In this document: positions 52,426-64,000 of the stretch, piece after piece
Position numbering within the stretch: position 1 is the first letter of the stretch
How the letters are laid out: every line of letters starts with the position of its first letter
From: Azolla caroliniana
Lineage: Eukaryota > Plantae > Polypodiophyta
Reading direction: 5' to 3'
Assembly (NCBI GenBank): GCA_043228905.1
Contig: JBHGNT010000017.1
Span: forward strand, 6,200,001 to 6,264,000
DNA: 64,000 nucleotides
The notes under the pieces: generated by a model
Databases searched by the model: none
Told to the model about the DNA's origin: nothing
What the model saw: only the letters and a program-made list of their open reading frames with translations
Translations under genes and position numbers: made by a program

Positions 52426-55400
52426 AAGAGAGAGAGAGAGGAAGCGAGAGTGAGAGATATCGAGGGAGAGAAAATGATGATGACAACAATATATTATGTG
52501 AGAAGAATATACAAGGCTAGGAGGCTTAAGACTGGCATTGACCCGATTTGGTTCGAAATAATACCTTGTGCCTCCTTTTATAGAGTTCTCAGGAGTAGTT
52601 CTGAAGCTTCTAGAATATTCCAAAGAAATTTGGAATATACATTAATTTTCTATAGTACAACTTAAATAAAAATAATATCTTATGTATTACAATAGATAGT
52701 GTAATGGTCAAGAGCTCGACCCATGTAACATAAGGTCATGGGTTCGAGTCTTGCCATATCATGACAGTGTCCCCCTTTTAAAACGACGAGTGTCACGAGT
52801 AGTTTTGGATTGAGGACCCAGTTTATCTGGATATTGACGATGGAAGTCTTCAAGAAGAGCACGACCATTGGTCACATTCTCTATTGGTTCCCAGGTATGC
52901 TCGCTGGGACTATATCCTAGCCAATCGACTAAATAATTGACAACCCGTATAAGCATAAAATGGCGTAACTTTAGTTGATGAATGGAGAGAGTTATTATAG
53001 GCAAATTCGGTGAAGTGGAGAACATCTGCCCAGTCATCCTGATGATAGCTTAGAAAGCATCGAAGATATTGCTCCACCGTTTGATTTGTTCGTTCTGCTT
53101 GGCCATCGGTTTGCGGGTGGTGGTCGGAGGAGAGGTTACAAGTGACCTTGAGCATTTTAAAAAGGTACTTCTAGAATTTTAAGATGAACTGGGATCCACA
53201 ATCGTTGATGATATTATCAAGAAGGCCATGATGACGACATACTTCACGCTTGACAATTTCGGCAGTTTCTTCACTAGAGATTTCCTTGGTATATTGTAGG
53301 AAATGAGTCATCTTTGTATATTGATCTACTACTGTTAAAATTGCCTTTAATCCCTTAGAGACTGGAAGATCTGTGATGAAATCTAGAGCAATGGATTGCC
53401 ACGGCTTGCTTGAAATTGGTAATGGTTCTAATAAACCATATGGATGATGCCTTGGCATTTTTGCTCTACAACATGTAACACAAGTCCGAACAAAATATTC
53501 GACAAATTTCGCATATGGGGCCACAAGAATGATCGTTGTACTAAATCTAATGTTTTAGTACTACCAAAATGCCGAACTGTATATGTCATGAAAGTTTTGC
53601 AACAAGAACCAATAGGAACATACAAGAGTTTCTTAAAGAATAGTAATCCATCATGACATTCGAATTGTCGATAGTCCGTACCTGGTTGTTTCAACTGTGA
53701 ACAAGATGCTCAAGAGGGATCAATTTGTCCTAGAATGGCTTGGGCGAAAGCATCTGTCTTCAAGTCCTGATGTATGGTCTGGATAACGTGGGAATCCAAG
53801 GGCATGCCGAAGACCTGTGTTGCTTGTAGTCAAAAGCTGGCTCGTTGGGACGCGATGCTAGATACGAATGTCGTGATAATGCATCTGCCTCCCCTTGGTG
53901 CTTCCCCGGATGATATGTAATTTTGAAGTCGAAACGCGTGAGGAATTGGGCCCATCGAGCTTGACGTTGATTCAACACACGCGCACTCTGAAAGTAGGCA
54001 AGGTTTTTGTGATCATTGAATACGGTGACTTGATGAGAGGATTCCTCTAGAAAATGCATCCATTGCGTAAAAGAGTCCACTATTGCTAATAGCTCCTTAT
54101 CATGAATTTCATAGTTGATTTCGGCAGCGTCAAACTTGCGTGAGTGGAAAGCCATAGGATGTAGCTTTTCATCATTACCTTGTTGTGATAGAATGCTACC
54201 CAATGCGAAATCCGACGCATCCGCTTCCATGATGAATGGTTTTTCCGGATCAACGTGAGCTAGAATAGGAGCCGATGTAAATGCCTTCTTAAGATTCTCA
54301 AAAGCCATGTCCGTTTCTTCAGACCAAACGAACGATTGTCCCTTCTTAATAAGTTGTGTGAGAGGCAGAACAAGCTTATAATCCTGTATAAACTTGCGGT
54401 AGAAATTGGCAAAGCCTAAAAAGCATTGCACATCTCGCAACAAACGCGGAGTTTGCCACTCTACCACCGTTTTGACCTTAGCTGGATCCATGGAGATTCC
54501 TTCCGAGGAGATGGAATAGCCTAGAAATTCCACCTCGTTGCACCCGAAACAACATTTTTCCAGTTTTGCACAAAGACCATGTTCTCGAAGTCATTTTAGT
54601 ACTAACAATACATGAGAATCATGCTCTTCTTGGTTCTTCGAATAAACCAGTAGATCATCGAAATAGATGATAAAACAAACATCCAAGAGATCTCGGAATA
54701 TATCATTTGCCATGTGCAGAAGACTGCAAGCGCATTAGTGAGGGCGAACGGCATGACCGTATCCCTGTAAGTCGATCTTCGTGAAGAAACTTGCACCATT
54801 GATCCGTTCTAAAAGACTTGAGATAAGGGGAAGTGCATACCTATTTTTGATGGTGACCTTATTAAAACCATGGTAATCTACAACGAGAAGATGTGATCCA
54901 TCCTTTTTCTTGACGAAGAAAATGGGTGCGTTGGCCGGAGATTTCGAATGCCGAATGAAACGATTTTCCCAATTCTCCTCTATATAGGCTCAAAGGACTT
55001 CTAGCTCGATTGGTGACAAATTCTAGATCGGTCCCCATGGTGGCTCTTTTCTCGGTTGTAAATCTATGGGGCAATCATGATCGATGGTGAGGAAGCATAT
55101 TGGCTTGTACTTTATCGAACACATCGGCATAATGATGATACTTCTTTGGAAGTTGAATGGTGGACTCCTCTTTAGTGGTGTCGGAAGGTTTTATTGATAT
55201 TGCGAAGAGAAACATTTCTTCCTTGCGTCCTTCTTCCCGCAATCTTATGAGTAGATCCTCGGGTTTTTCGATACCAGATTTCTCTTGTCCTCCAATCTAT
55301 GTCTGGGTTATGTAATTCGAACCATGGTAATCCTAAAACAATGGGATGTTCTAGGATACTAATGATATTAAAGGATACTACACACGCTAAATTATCTAAG

Positions 55401-56918
55401 ACAATATTAACGGGCTTTGACTCATCTATGATATTTCTGGAAGCAATGGGACAACCATCATTGACTACTAGAGAGGCTGGACACGGTAGTTTTCTTAGGG
55501 ATATCCGATGATCTTGGGCAAAATTCCTATCCATGAAGCAAGAATTAGCTCCGGAATCTAGGAGTGCTAAGACATGTACTGGAGAGGTACTTTTAGTACT
55601 AACTTTTACTTGGACTAAGACCACGTTGCTAACTTGCTTAGAGGGAATGGAACCACTAATGGGCTGCACATATCTAGGGTTGTCTAACCAAACGGCTCCT
55701 ATTTTGGCTGAACTTAGTCGTCTAACTCTTCTTCTAACTGACTAAGGACATCAAATTTGTTCGATAGATTTGGGCTATTAGTACTATTAGGACTATCAGA
55801 TATTCCTACTGAAATAGACTCGAGTTTATTACAATTAGAACTCGTAACTATTTGGTTTACCTTTCTTCTTCGTCTATGGGAACAGTTCACTGCAATATGC
55901 CATGGTCCATCGCAATAAAGACATAATCGATTTGCTCGACGTCGCTGCTTTTCTTCTTCCGACAATGGTCCGCGACGACGTGTAGTGTCAATTTCCATTG
56001 GAGTTGGAGTATTCACTGGAAACGCATTATATGACTCCCTTGGAAAAGGTTTTGCTACTACTGAGGTGTAGGTGGGCTCTGATCTTGCACTTGGCATCTG
56101 GAACGGACGTTCTGAACATCGTTCGAAAAGACGATTGCCGCATCTCACCGTGCGATTGATTGCGTTTATCAATGACTTTGGTTCTTCGGAGTAAATCCTT
56201 GACATCGTTACGTAGACCATAACGAAATTGCTCCATTAGTGCTTGGTCATCCCAGGGGATATCATAGGCGAGTAGGCGGAAATGTGCAGCGTATGTAGAG
56301 GCTAGACGATCACCTTATTTTGTTGATTCTTGTCCTTATGTTGTCAGCGTCTCCAAAACAGGCTTTAAACTCACTTAAAAACTCTTCAAAATTGTTTAGT
56401 AAAGGAGATTCCTTTTCTAACAACGGAGCGAACCATGCAAAAGTTGAGCCACTTAACAACATGCCTACTAAACCCACTCAAGATGCATCGGTGGGATATC
56501 GGGAAGGATGCATTTGAATGACTAATTGTATTTGATTAAGGAATCCTCTAAACTACGATCACGTTCCATCGAATTTCATGGGAAGGCCGATCTTGGGTTC
56601 TTTATGAATCCCTTGCGTACTAGGTTCTTGTTGTTGCATCGCTACTATGGTTGCTTCGAGCTGTTGCACGTGTAACACTAGTTCCCCATGTTGTTGTTTC
56701 GTCAGCTTCTTCTCTAAGGAGATTTGTTGAAGCTCCCCCAACAATCGTTGATTTTCTTGTTCCAATGCGAGAAACTTCTCTTTCAAGCATTGCAACTCCG
56801 AAAAAATGGATTGATATTCTTGAGCGCTAGCAGTGGACATAGTATGAGAGAAAAGAGGAATAAGAGATTAGTATGAAGGGAGGGAGAAATAAGAAGATAA
56901 AGGAAGGGAAGGAAGGAG

Positions 56919-56936
56919 ACCAAAATCAGTTCAAAC
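56919..56936 (-). promoter_or_regulatory. Putative self-priming primer-binding site (GTTTGAACTGATTTTGGT) of the Tcn1-like family
   Basis: Directly abuts the 5' LTR, lacks the TGG start of a tRNA PBS, and is complementary to the LTR sequence ~30 nt downstream of the TATA box (21445-21460; 52537-52552). Confidence 0.75.
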
Positions 56937-57578
56937 TGTTAGGAACAATACTAAGACATAGAAGTACTGTCAGGAATAGTACTAAGACAACAAAGGAATT
57001 AGTACTAAAAGATGAGGATTAGAACTAAAGGAGGTATAGAACTCTCGAGAGAAGGAAAGAGTGAGTGAGCGAGAGAGAGTTTTTGATTCGTAAAAAGTCT
57101 CATTTCGAGAGATTTTTTGTACTTCTTCATTTTATTCCAATAACAAATTGTAGAATCTTTTCAATTTAATATAAGTTTTGTAAATAAAACAAGATTCAAA
57201 TAATTCACATCTTTATAGAATAGGTAGCAAGAGAGGCGTGGCATGTGCTCTTTAGAAGAAGGCTATCTAGTACACTACTCGATGAGGTACAAATTGTCTT
57301 CCATTTACGATAACATGAAAGGACAATGTTGTATCTATTATAACTACTTGGAGAGGAGGAAGGAAAATTATAAATTGGACATTGCCTGCATTTACATGGT
57401 GCATAACTTCTCATCATAAAAGCAAAGGGATACTGGTATTATGTAGCACTCTTATATGTTGCAATCGTTTACACCATCTTCACATTGCAAAAAGTCACAA
57501 GGCACAAATGCCATGCTTCTTTTGTGCATTCTAAGGCCGAAACCTTGTTGAAACTTTTTGAAAAGCCAATATCTTTGT

Positions 57579-57895
57579 CTTTTGACATGGGAATCAATGT
57601 GTATGGGATATTAAGAGATGAGTTTAGGGTTCAAAGAATGAGGATTATCATTCAAAAGCTATTATAAAAGAACATAGTTAACTTCCCATGTGCATCCAAT
57701 ATTGGGAAACTTGTTCATAGCAATGCTACAAATTGGCTTTTGACATGGGAATCGATATGTATGGGATATTAAGAGATGAGTTTCGGGTTCAAAGAATGAG
57801 GATTATCATTCAAAAGCTATTATAAAAGAACATGGTTAACTTCCCATGTGCAGGCCCTATTGGGAAACTTGTTCATAGCAATGCTACAAATTGGC
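57579..57895. repeat. 158-bp tandem duplication covering the GAT stop codon and proximal 3' UTR
   Basis: cttttgacatgggaatc...gctacaaattggc occurs twice with a few mismatches. Confidence 0.93.
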
Positions 57896-58845
57896 AAAGA
57901 GTCGATAGGCTCTTGCATCAAGAACAATTTGCCGTATTGCGGCAATGCAACCGAATACGCCCACTATGGTGAAGACCACAATAATGAGTGCATTTATTAA
58001 GAAGATGAAGGATCTCCGAGATGGCTTGAACACCATGTTGTAAAAAAGCATGGGAAGGATAAAGTCTAAAGGTGTAAAACCGAAAGCCCCAATGAGGCCA
58101 TTAATATCAGCAAAGAAAGGAAGGAGGGCAGCGAAGAATGTTGCTGTTGCAACATAGAAGCCCCTCAAGATCAATCTTGGTATGAGATTTCTAAAGGAAA
58201 ACCTCCCCATGGTAGGATCAGATGCCTTTCCTTCTAATACCTCAAATGTTGGTTGTGAATACACCTATACATCAAAGGAGAACAATGATTAGTACCTCAA
58301 ATGTTGTTAACTACACCTATATATCAAAGGAGAACAATGAATTTTAGTACATAAATAAATTATGTTGGTTGTAATTAAAGAAGTTCATCCATTTGGAGTT
58401 CCACTCAAAACATTTTGAAGGACAATGTGTAACTAAGAGTACATATGTTAAACTCTATTAAAAGAGACTTGTTTGTGTACAAAATGTAAATATCAAATGC
58501 TTTTGGACATATCCATGTAAATATGGTTATGCTCGGAACTCAATGTGAACATGGCACCCATGTGTATTTACGTGGTAGTGTCTATAATGTTACTTAGCAT
58601 CTCCCTCACTACAAGATCAAAATTGACCAAAATACATCTATATTGATCTCCATTTAACTATGGATCGGCCGATGCTTTTAACATTCGTGAGTGTTCGATC
58701 TAATAATAATAATCAGAATCCTACAAGACCTTAACTAATTTATAACGGTGGACAATCATTAATAGATTTAACAATCATTATATAATGCAGGCAACTTTTT
58801 GATCTTTTGAAGTGATGACGATGATAAAGCACAAGTTTTTGTTTG

Positions 58846-58879
<34 letters not shown>

Positions 58880-61800
58880 GCTTGATGCAGAAGTGCATAC
58901 ATACATACCAAACAAATAGCCAGAAGCTGTATGATTATACACATGTTGGCCACGAAGATGAGCCAATTGGGCACAAGGGCCGGCATGCCGGTGGGGGCGA
59001 GGTTGGACATCACATTTCCTGCAGATTTGTTACCAAATGCCCAATACCCAGAAATTGCCACAGATAAGTATGTCAATGCCACCATCGCGTAGCACATGCA
59101 CAACCCTTTAAACATCTTTCCCGACACCGGAGGTGCTATTGTCGCCTGCATCCCCGCGGTCATCATATCATATACATAATTAATCGATTGTTAGGATGAA
59201 TGTGATAATCTTTAACTTGTTAATCCATATCTATGTACAAAAACAGAGGTTGTAAATCATTTGTATACAATCATCACCTGTATCTCAGGTATGATTCCAT
59301 TCCCATATGCGAATGCAATGATAGCGAAAGAATTAAAAACCCCAAACAACTGACTAGTTTCCCCTCCTTTGATCGTATAATCCGTTTCGGTATGTTGATT
59401 TAAACCTAAAGGTACAGAAATGTTTGAATATGTTCAATTACTTCAAGCACGGATTACTGATGTGCTAAACTATTTAAATGACCTACTCTACAAACCTGCA
59501 TATATACAGCCCCCTACCGCACATGCGCTAAAGCCCAAGCACATGATCAAGGAGAGCAAGTTGATGTATCTCAGTGAGTGGAAGGATGGTAGTTGAGACA
59601 AAATCATCATAAGCATCCCAAAAAATATGATGAATTCATAAAGTTGTACATCTCCATTTGGATGATAAATTGAGTAGATCAACTATGATGAGAGAAGAAG
59701 AAAAATGCTACCCATCAATCACTAGCAAAAGGATATAACATAATTGTTTTTGGGATCTTGGAGGGAACATATTATTTCATCAATAGATTTAGATAATACC
59801 TTCATGCTTTGACCTCCAACCACAGTTAATCCAATTACTACACCTAGGCATATAGAGAATTGCACCGGAGATATGCCATAACGAGTGATCCTAGGCCCTA
59901 AAATTTCATAATCATACTACCCAATAATAAGTTTTAATAAAGGAGGACCATTGTTGCCAATATCAGAGCAAACATTGATGTTACCAATTCTCAAGAGAGA
60001 AATAACATGTTCCCTGCTTGGCTTACCTACAAAGGAAATTATGAAAAATGCACACATGCAGCTGAAATTATGTTCATACAACATGCAAAACCTCACAATT
60101 TCCATGTATTGGGGAGGTTCTAAATTAAATTACATTTTTTTTGCAGTCATGGTGGATAATGATGAAGACCAATTGGAAAAGGCTTTTCTATTTTCTTTTT
60201 CTGGGAGGGAGAGGGGGGGATATTTCTGCAATTATAGGTGAAGAGACACATCAAAACCAGAGTTAAAATGATCATGAGAGGTCCATCCATTTGGGGTTAA
60301 ATCTTATACTAATCAAGGAATTATAGGACCCTCAAGAGACATATCAAAACCATAGTTAAAAATTGCGTTCGCGTTCACAAGTGGAAGGATAAAGAATATT
60401 CTGTTTGAAGTTCATGTTTAAAGTTTTTTTGGGGGTTTTTGCTTTTTTTAATTTGATTTTTTTTTTTTTTTTTTGAGCTTGAAGTGATAAAAAAACTAGA
60501 GTTTTCATCACAAGTCGATACAATGTAACGAATTCATGTTTAAATTTTTTTATTTTAAAAACAATTTAAAAAAATTACGTTAAACATGAACTCGATACAT
60601 TGTATCAAATTGTGATAAAAACATTGGTTTTTTCATCAAATCAAGCTCAAATGTTTTTCTTTTTAATCCGAGAAAAAAACTTTGAACATGAATTCGATAC
60701 ATTGTATCAAATTGTGATGAAAACTCTATTTTTAATATCGACTCGATACAATAAATCAAGTTCATGTTTAAAAATGTTCTTTATTTTTTCAAAAAAAAAG
60801 TTTTTTTAAACATGAACTCAAATTGTACTAAACTCTCTGGTTTTATAAGAGAAAAAGATGCATATCGATAATGCAAAGAAGTATGTTGCACAACAAAATA
60901 CCTTACAGTGAATATGTGCTTTATTGATTAACAAAAAACCATTAATAATTGTGTGATGATAATTGAACCTTGCAAATGTCATTTACTTCACAAATTTTGT
61001 AGGGGAGTTCTCAAAAGGAAGAAGAGGAGAGCATTGTGGATACCCTGATAACTATGTGATATGTTCAAATTGATATATTAATGTTCACATCTAAGTTTGA
61101 CAGTTTATGGATATCGTCTACATTTTAGGAGTTCTAGATTTATCAAAATTGTTTATGAATATTGTCTACATTTCTTGAGTTGTTAATTTATGGATATTAA
61201 TGAGCACTAAATTTATAGATGATGGCACTAAGGATTATAATGTTACTTGTTATACTTAAAACATTTTCAATTCTAACAATATATGTAACTTCCACTTCTG
61301 GAACCTACATCTCCTTAAGATGCTGAAACCATTAATGTTAACTTGTGCCTTGAGTTAACCATTGTGATTTTCTTTAAGTTAACTACATTTCATATCTGCA
61401 GACCATCAATGTTTAAACATTTATTGAAAAACTATTCAATTTTAGAAATGATCATTTTGACACTTGTTAAATCACAAAAAATTAACAAATTTTACATGCT
61501 ATTTAAAACATGTGATACTAGTGTATCAAGTTTCTAAAAGTTGCCTAAAACACAAGATTATAAAAGGAATCTATAAGTGGAATGTGTGATCCTTCCACTT
61601 GTGAACGCGAATGTTAAGTGTCCATCCATTTGGGGGTTAAATCTTTTACTAGTCAAGGTTTAGTTAGGGGGAAACTTCAAGTATGACTGACCAAGGATGT
61701 GGTATGTGAGGTCTCGAAAGCGGAGGAAGCGATGACCGGATGCAGCTTTACTCTCGAGCACGAGCGACAATAAGGCATAGGCATAGAATGTGACGCCGGC

Positions 61801-63477
61801 ACCAACCAGTAGAAACACCATGCCCCCGGTCCACCCCAAGGAAGCAAATGCATATGGTAGGCTCAAAAGTGGGGGACCCACAATTGACGTGATTAGGTGG
61901 TACCCTGCATGAACCCAACTCCCTGCACATCACATCGCATTGCAATGTTAATAATGCATACATGATTTGATCATGTGACCCCCCAATATATGAACCAAAT
62001 GCTTGTTGTTTACTTGTGATGTGACTGATATTCCTAATGTTTCACACCATTCTAGGTTTTAGAATGCTCTGTATTTGTACATGTATTCTACGTTTGTCAT
62101 TTTTCACCTTTACATGTAAATTTCTAAGAATTTGACGTATTCTGTGTTTTAGAAGTGCCATTTTTCACGTATTGTATGTATTCTAAACATTTGACATATT
62201 CTACATATTTAAAAAGTATTTAACATTTCAAAAAAGTTTAGAAGTTTTTAAATTTTTAAATTTACTTTTTTTGAAAAAAACTTTAAATTTTAAAAAAGTA
62301 GTTAACGTATTCCACATATTTAAAGTATTCTATATGTATTCTAAGTATTTAACATATTTTATCTGTAAAATACGTATTCTAAGTATTTAAAAGAAGAAGT
62401 TAGAATACTTAGCTAAGTATTCTACAACAATGTTCCGCACCATAAGCACATCTATTATAGGCACAACCATAATAAGGGTTGTCCCAATCCCCCAAAGGAT
62501 TAGAAGTATGTAATCATCCCTTCTTTACACGCTCGATTAACCCTCACACTCTTATCCACAGTGTGTGTAGAATACTAATTGTTCAAACTACCACGGGAAA
62601 AATTATGGTTATGCCCTGTAAGAACATCTCATCTAGATGTTAAATTTTTATCCAGTCCATTTATCATCACAAACCTTTATCGAATTCTTCTTCTGGTTCC
62701 GCATTTCACATATCTATGTAGTAAAAAGTGAAAATATATTCTATCATAGCATTCCATCAACATCCAATCACTTAAGGAACAAGGGGTTTTTATTTGGATT
62801 TTCTATGAGATGCATTGTTTATAGGACACTCATATCACAGTTCGCCATAGCACCATAATCGACATCCAACCATGAATAAATTGGTGTTGAGATCCCGGAT
62901 TTGTTTAAGAGATATGTTTAGAAAAGGCATGCCATTCCCAAGTCCTTGCATTCGGAAATCTATTGCAATGGAAACCGCACCATAATCGACATCCAACCAT
63001 GAATAAATTGGTGTTGAGATCCCGGATTTGTTTAAGAGATATGTTTAGAAAAGGCATGCCATTCCCAAGTCCTTGCATTCGGAAATCTATTGCAATGGAA
63101 ACCTACTACTGTTCACATACTCATGCCCATAAGAATATAGTCATCTACGAAAAAGCAATTATCCCAAAGTTCTGAATATGGAATACTGTACATTCATGCC
63201 AAACAACATGCCACAGTATTTACTAGAACCCATAAAAAGACAGTGTTTATCCAGCCATCCTTATAATATATCAGAAAACCTAGAACTTCCCGGTTACCTT
63301 CTAGGAGAAGGAAATTGACATAATATTGTAGCATAAGAGTTTCCTTTTACCCATACCTTTGGATTCAAGCACGAACAAAGCTCCTGCATCAGAATCAGCT
63401 TCCTTGCTGCCCGACTTGTTGTGAAGCTCGACAGTATAGAGAGAGTGATCACCATTCTGTGAATGTGGAGGTTTCAT
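57884..63477 (-). CDS. GABA transporter-like amino-acid permease (AAAP family, GAT1/GAT2-like), 7 exons: 63477-63357, 61922-61692, 59897-59800, 59682-59496, 59405-59278, 59145-58909, 58264-57884
   Basis: Spliced in frame at GT-AG introns: [126 protein letters not shown]. Confidence 0.95.
58238..58340 (-). repeat. ~50-bp duplication of the intron 6 / exon 7 acceptor region of the GAT gene
   Basis: tacctcaaatgtt..tacacctata.atcaaaggagaacaatga at 58238-58288 and 58293-58340. Confidence 0.85.
60365..61614. mobile_element. Non-autonomous TIR DNA transposon (1.25 kb) in GAT intron 2
   Basis: TIR GCGTTCGCGTTCACAAGTGGAAGGAT at 60365-60390 and its inverse at 61589-61614 (23 bp perfect, plus two CpG-type transitions at the tip); AT-rich non-coding interior with inverted subterminal repeats; TSD not resolved. 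Confidence 0.8.
62850..63103. repeat. Perfect 127-bp tandem duplication in GAT intron 1
   Basis: gcaccataatcgacatcc...gcaatggaaacc occurs twice; no differences seen. Confidence 0.95.
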
Positions 63478-64000
63478 GGCTCCCCTGCTCTTCTTTCTCC
63501 TGCTTCTTCCTCTTCCTCTTCCTTCTTCCTTCTTCTTTTTCTACCTCCTTCTTATCTCAGTATTTAATATTATAAGTGAATCAAAAAGTCTCCTCTTCTT
63601 CTTTTTTGAATTCATGTCACCTCTCTTAATTATTTCTCCCATCTCTATTATTATTTCGATTATTATTATTATCATTACATATTATTATTTCTATTAAGTT
63701 AATATTATTTAATAATTTAATTCTTTTTAAAATTTTCTTTTTAACTTTTTTTAATCCTCGGAAGACCCCGCCCTTGATCATGATCTGTTTTCATGGCTGT
63801 CTTAATTCATCGGCCGGCCGACACGTTTCTACATACGTACGTACGTGTATATGTACATACATAGAGACATGCAATAGACACATACATACATATGGCCCCT
63901 AGCTTATCCGCGTATTGCGAACTAAACCCTAAACCCCCTTGCAATTAGGCAATGGCCACATCGAATGTTCCAATCGACCGTTACAAACTATCATGGATTA

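Larger units (their letters stand above)
50124..57078 (-). mobile_element. Second Tcn1-like Gypsy A-family copy (A'): 3' LTR 50124-52766 split by a LINE, CHD-INT-RH-RT-PR-gag, truncated LTR(s) 56937-57078
   Basis: LTR homologous to 21244-21674; PPT at 52767-52780; gag PMEID..RRRANRLCLYC; PR ALLDSGANSCF; RT/RH/INT homologous to copy A, with internal deletions near 52940 and 54763. Confidence 0.9.

Noticed and set aside
62040-62425. AT-rich stretch with repeated GTATTCT motifs as a MITE
   Set aside because: No convincing terminal inverted repeats or TSD identified.

Overview
Eukaryotic land-plant genomic DNA, probably from a fern or other non-seed plant (inferred from Tcn1-like chromoviruses and RTEX-like LINEs). 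It holds three host genes: a 12-exon KRR1 SSU-processome gene (+, 2302-7668), an intronless family-1 UDP-glycosyltransferase (+, 9556-11202) and a 7-exon GAT-type GABA/amino-acid transporter (-, 57884-63477). Between them lie about 44 kb (13.3-57.1 kb) of retroelements, most with readable LTRs, primer sites and target-site duplications (TSDs). The core is a nested stack: Tcn1-like Gypsy A contains Copia B, which contains non-chromoviral Gypsy C (with an extra 3' ORF), which contains a young intact Copia D. Copia B also carries Copia E (a D relative) and a solo LTR. The most notable signals are: a tRNA-independent self-priming PBS in the Tcn1-like family; strong CCGG enrichment in the Copia D/E family and its U3 repeats; an extra ORF in Gypsy C that can be rebuilt by removing Copia D and reversing a ~370-bp inversion; a stem-loop in place of the PPT in Gypsy C; (CTAT)n-tailed LINEs inserted in GA tracts; and a duplicated splice acceptor in the GAT gene. 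All counts and identities were estimated by eye; no database search was run.
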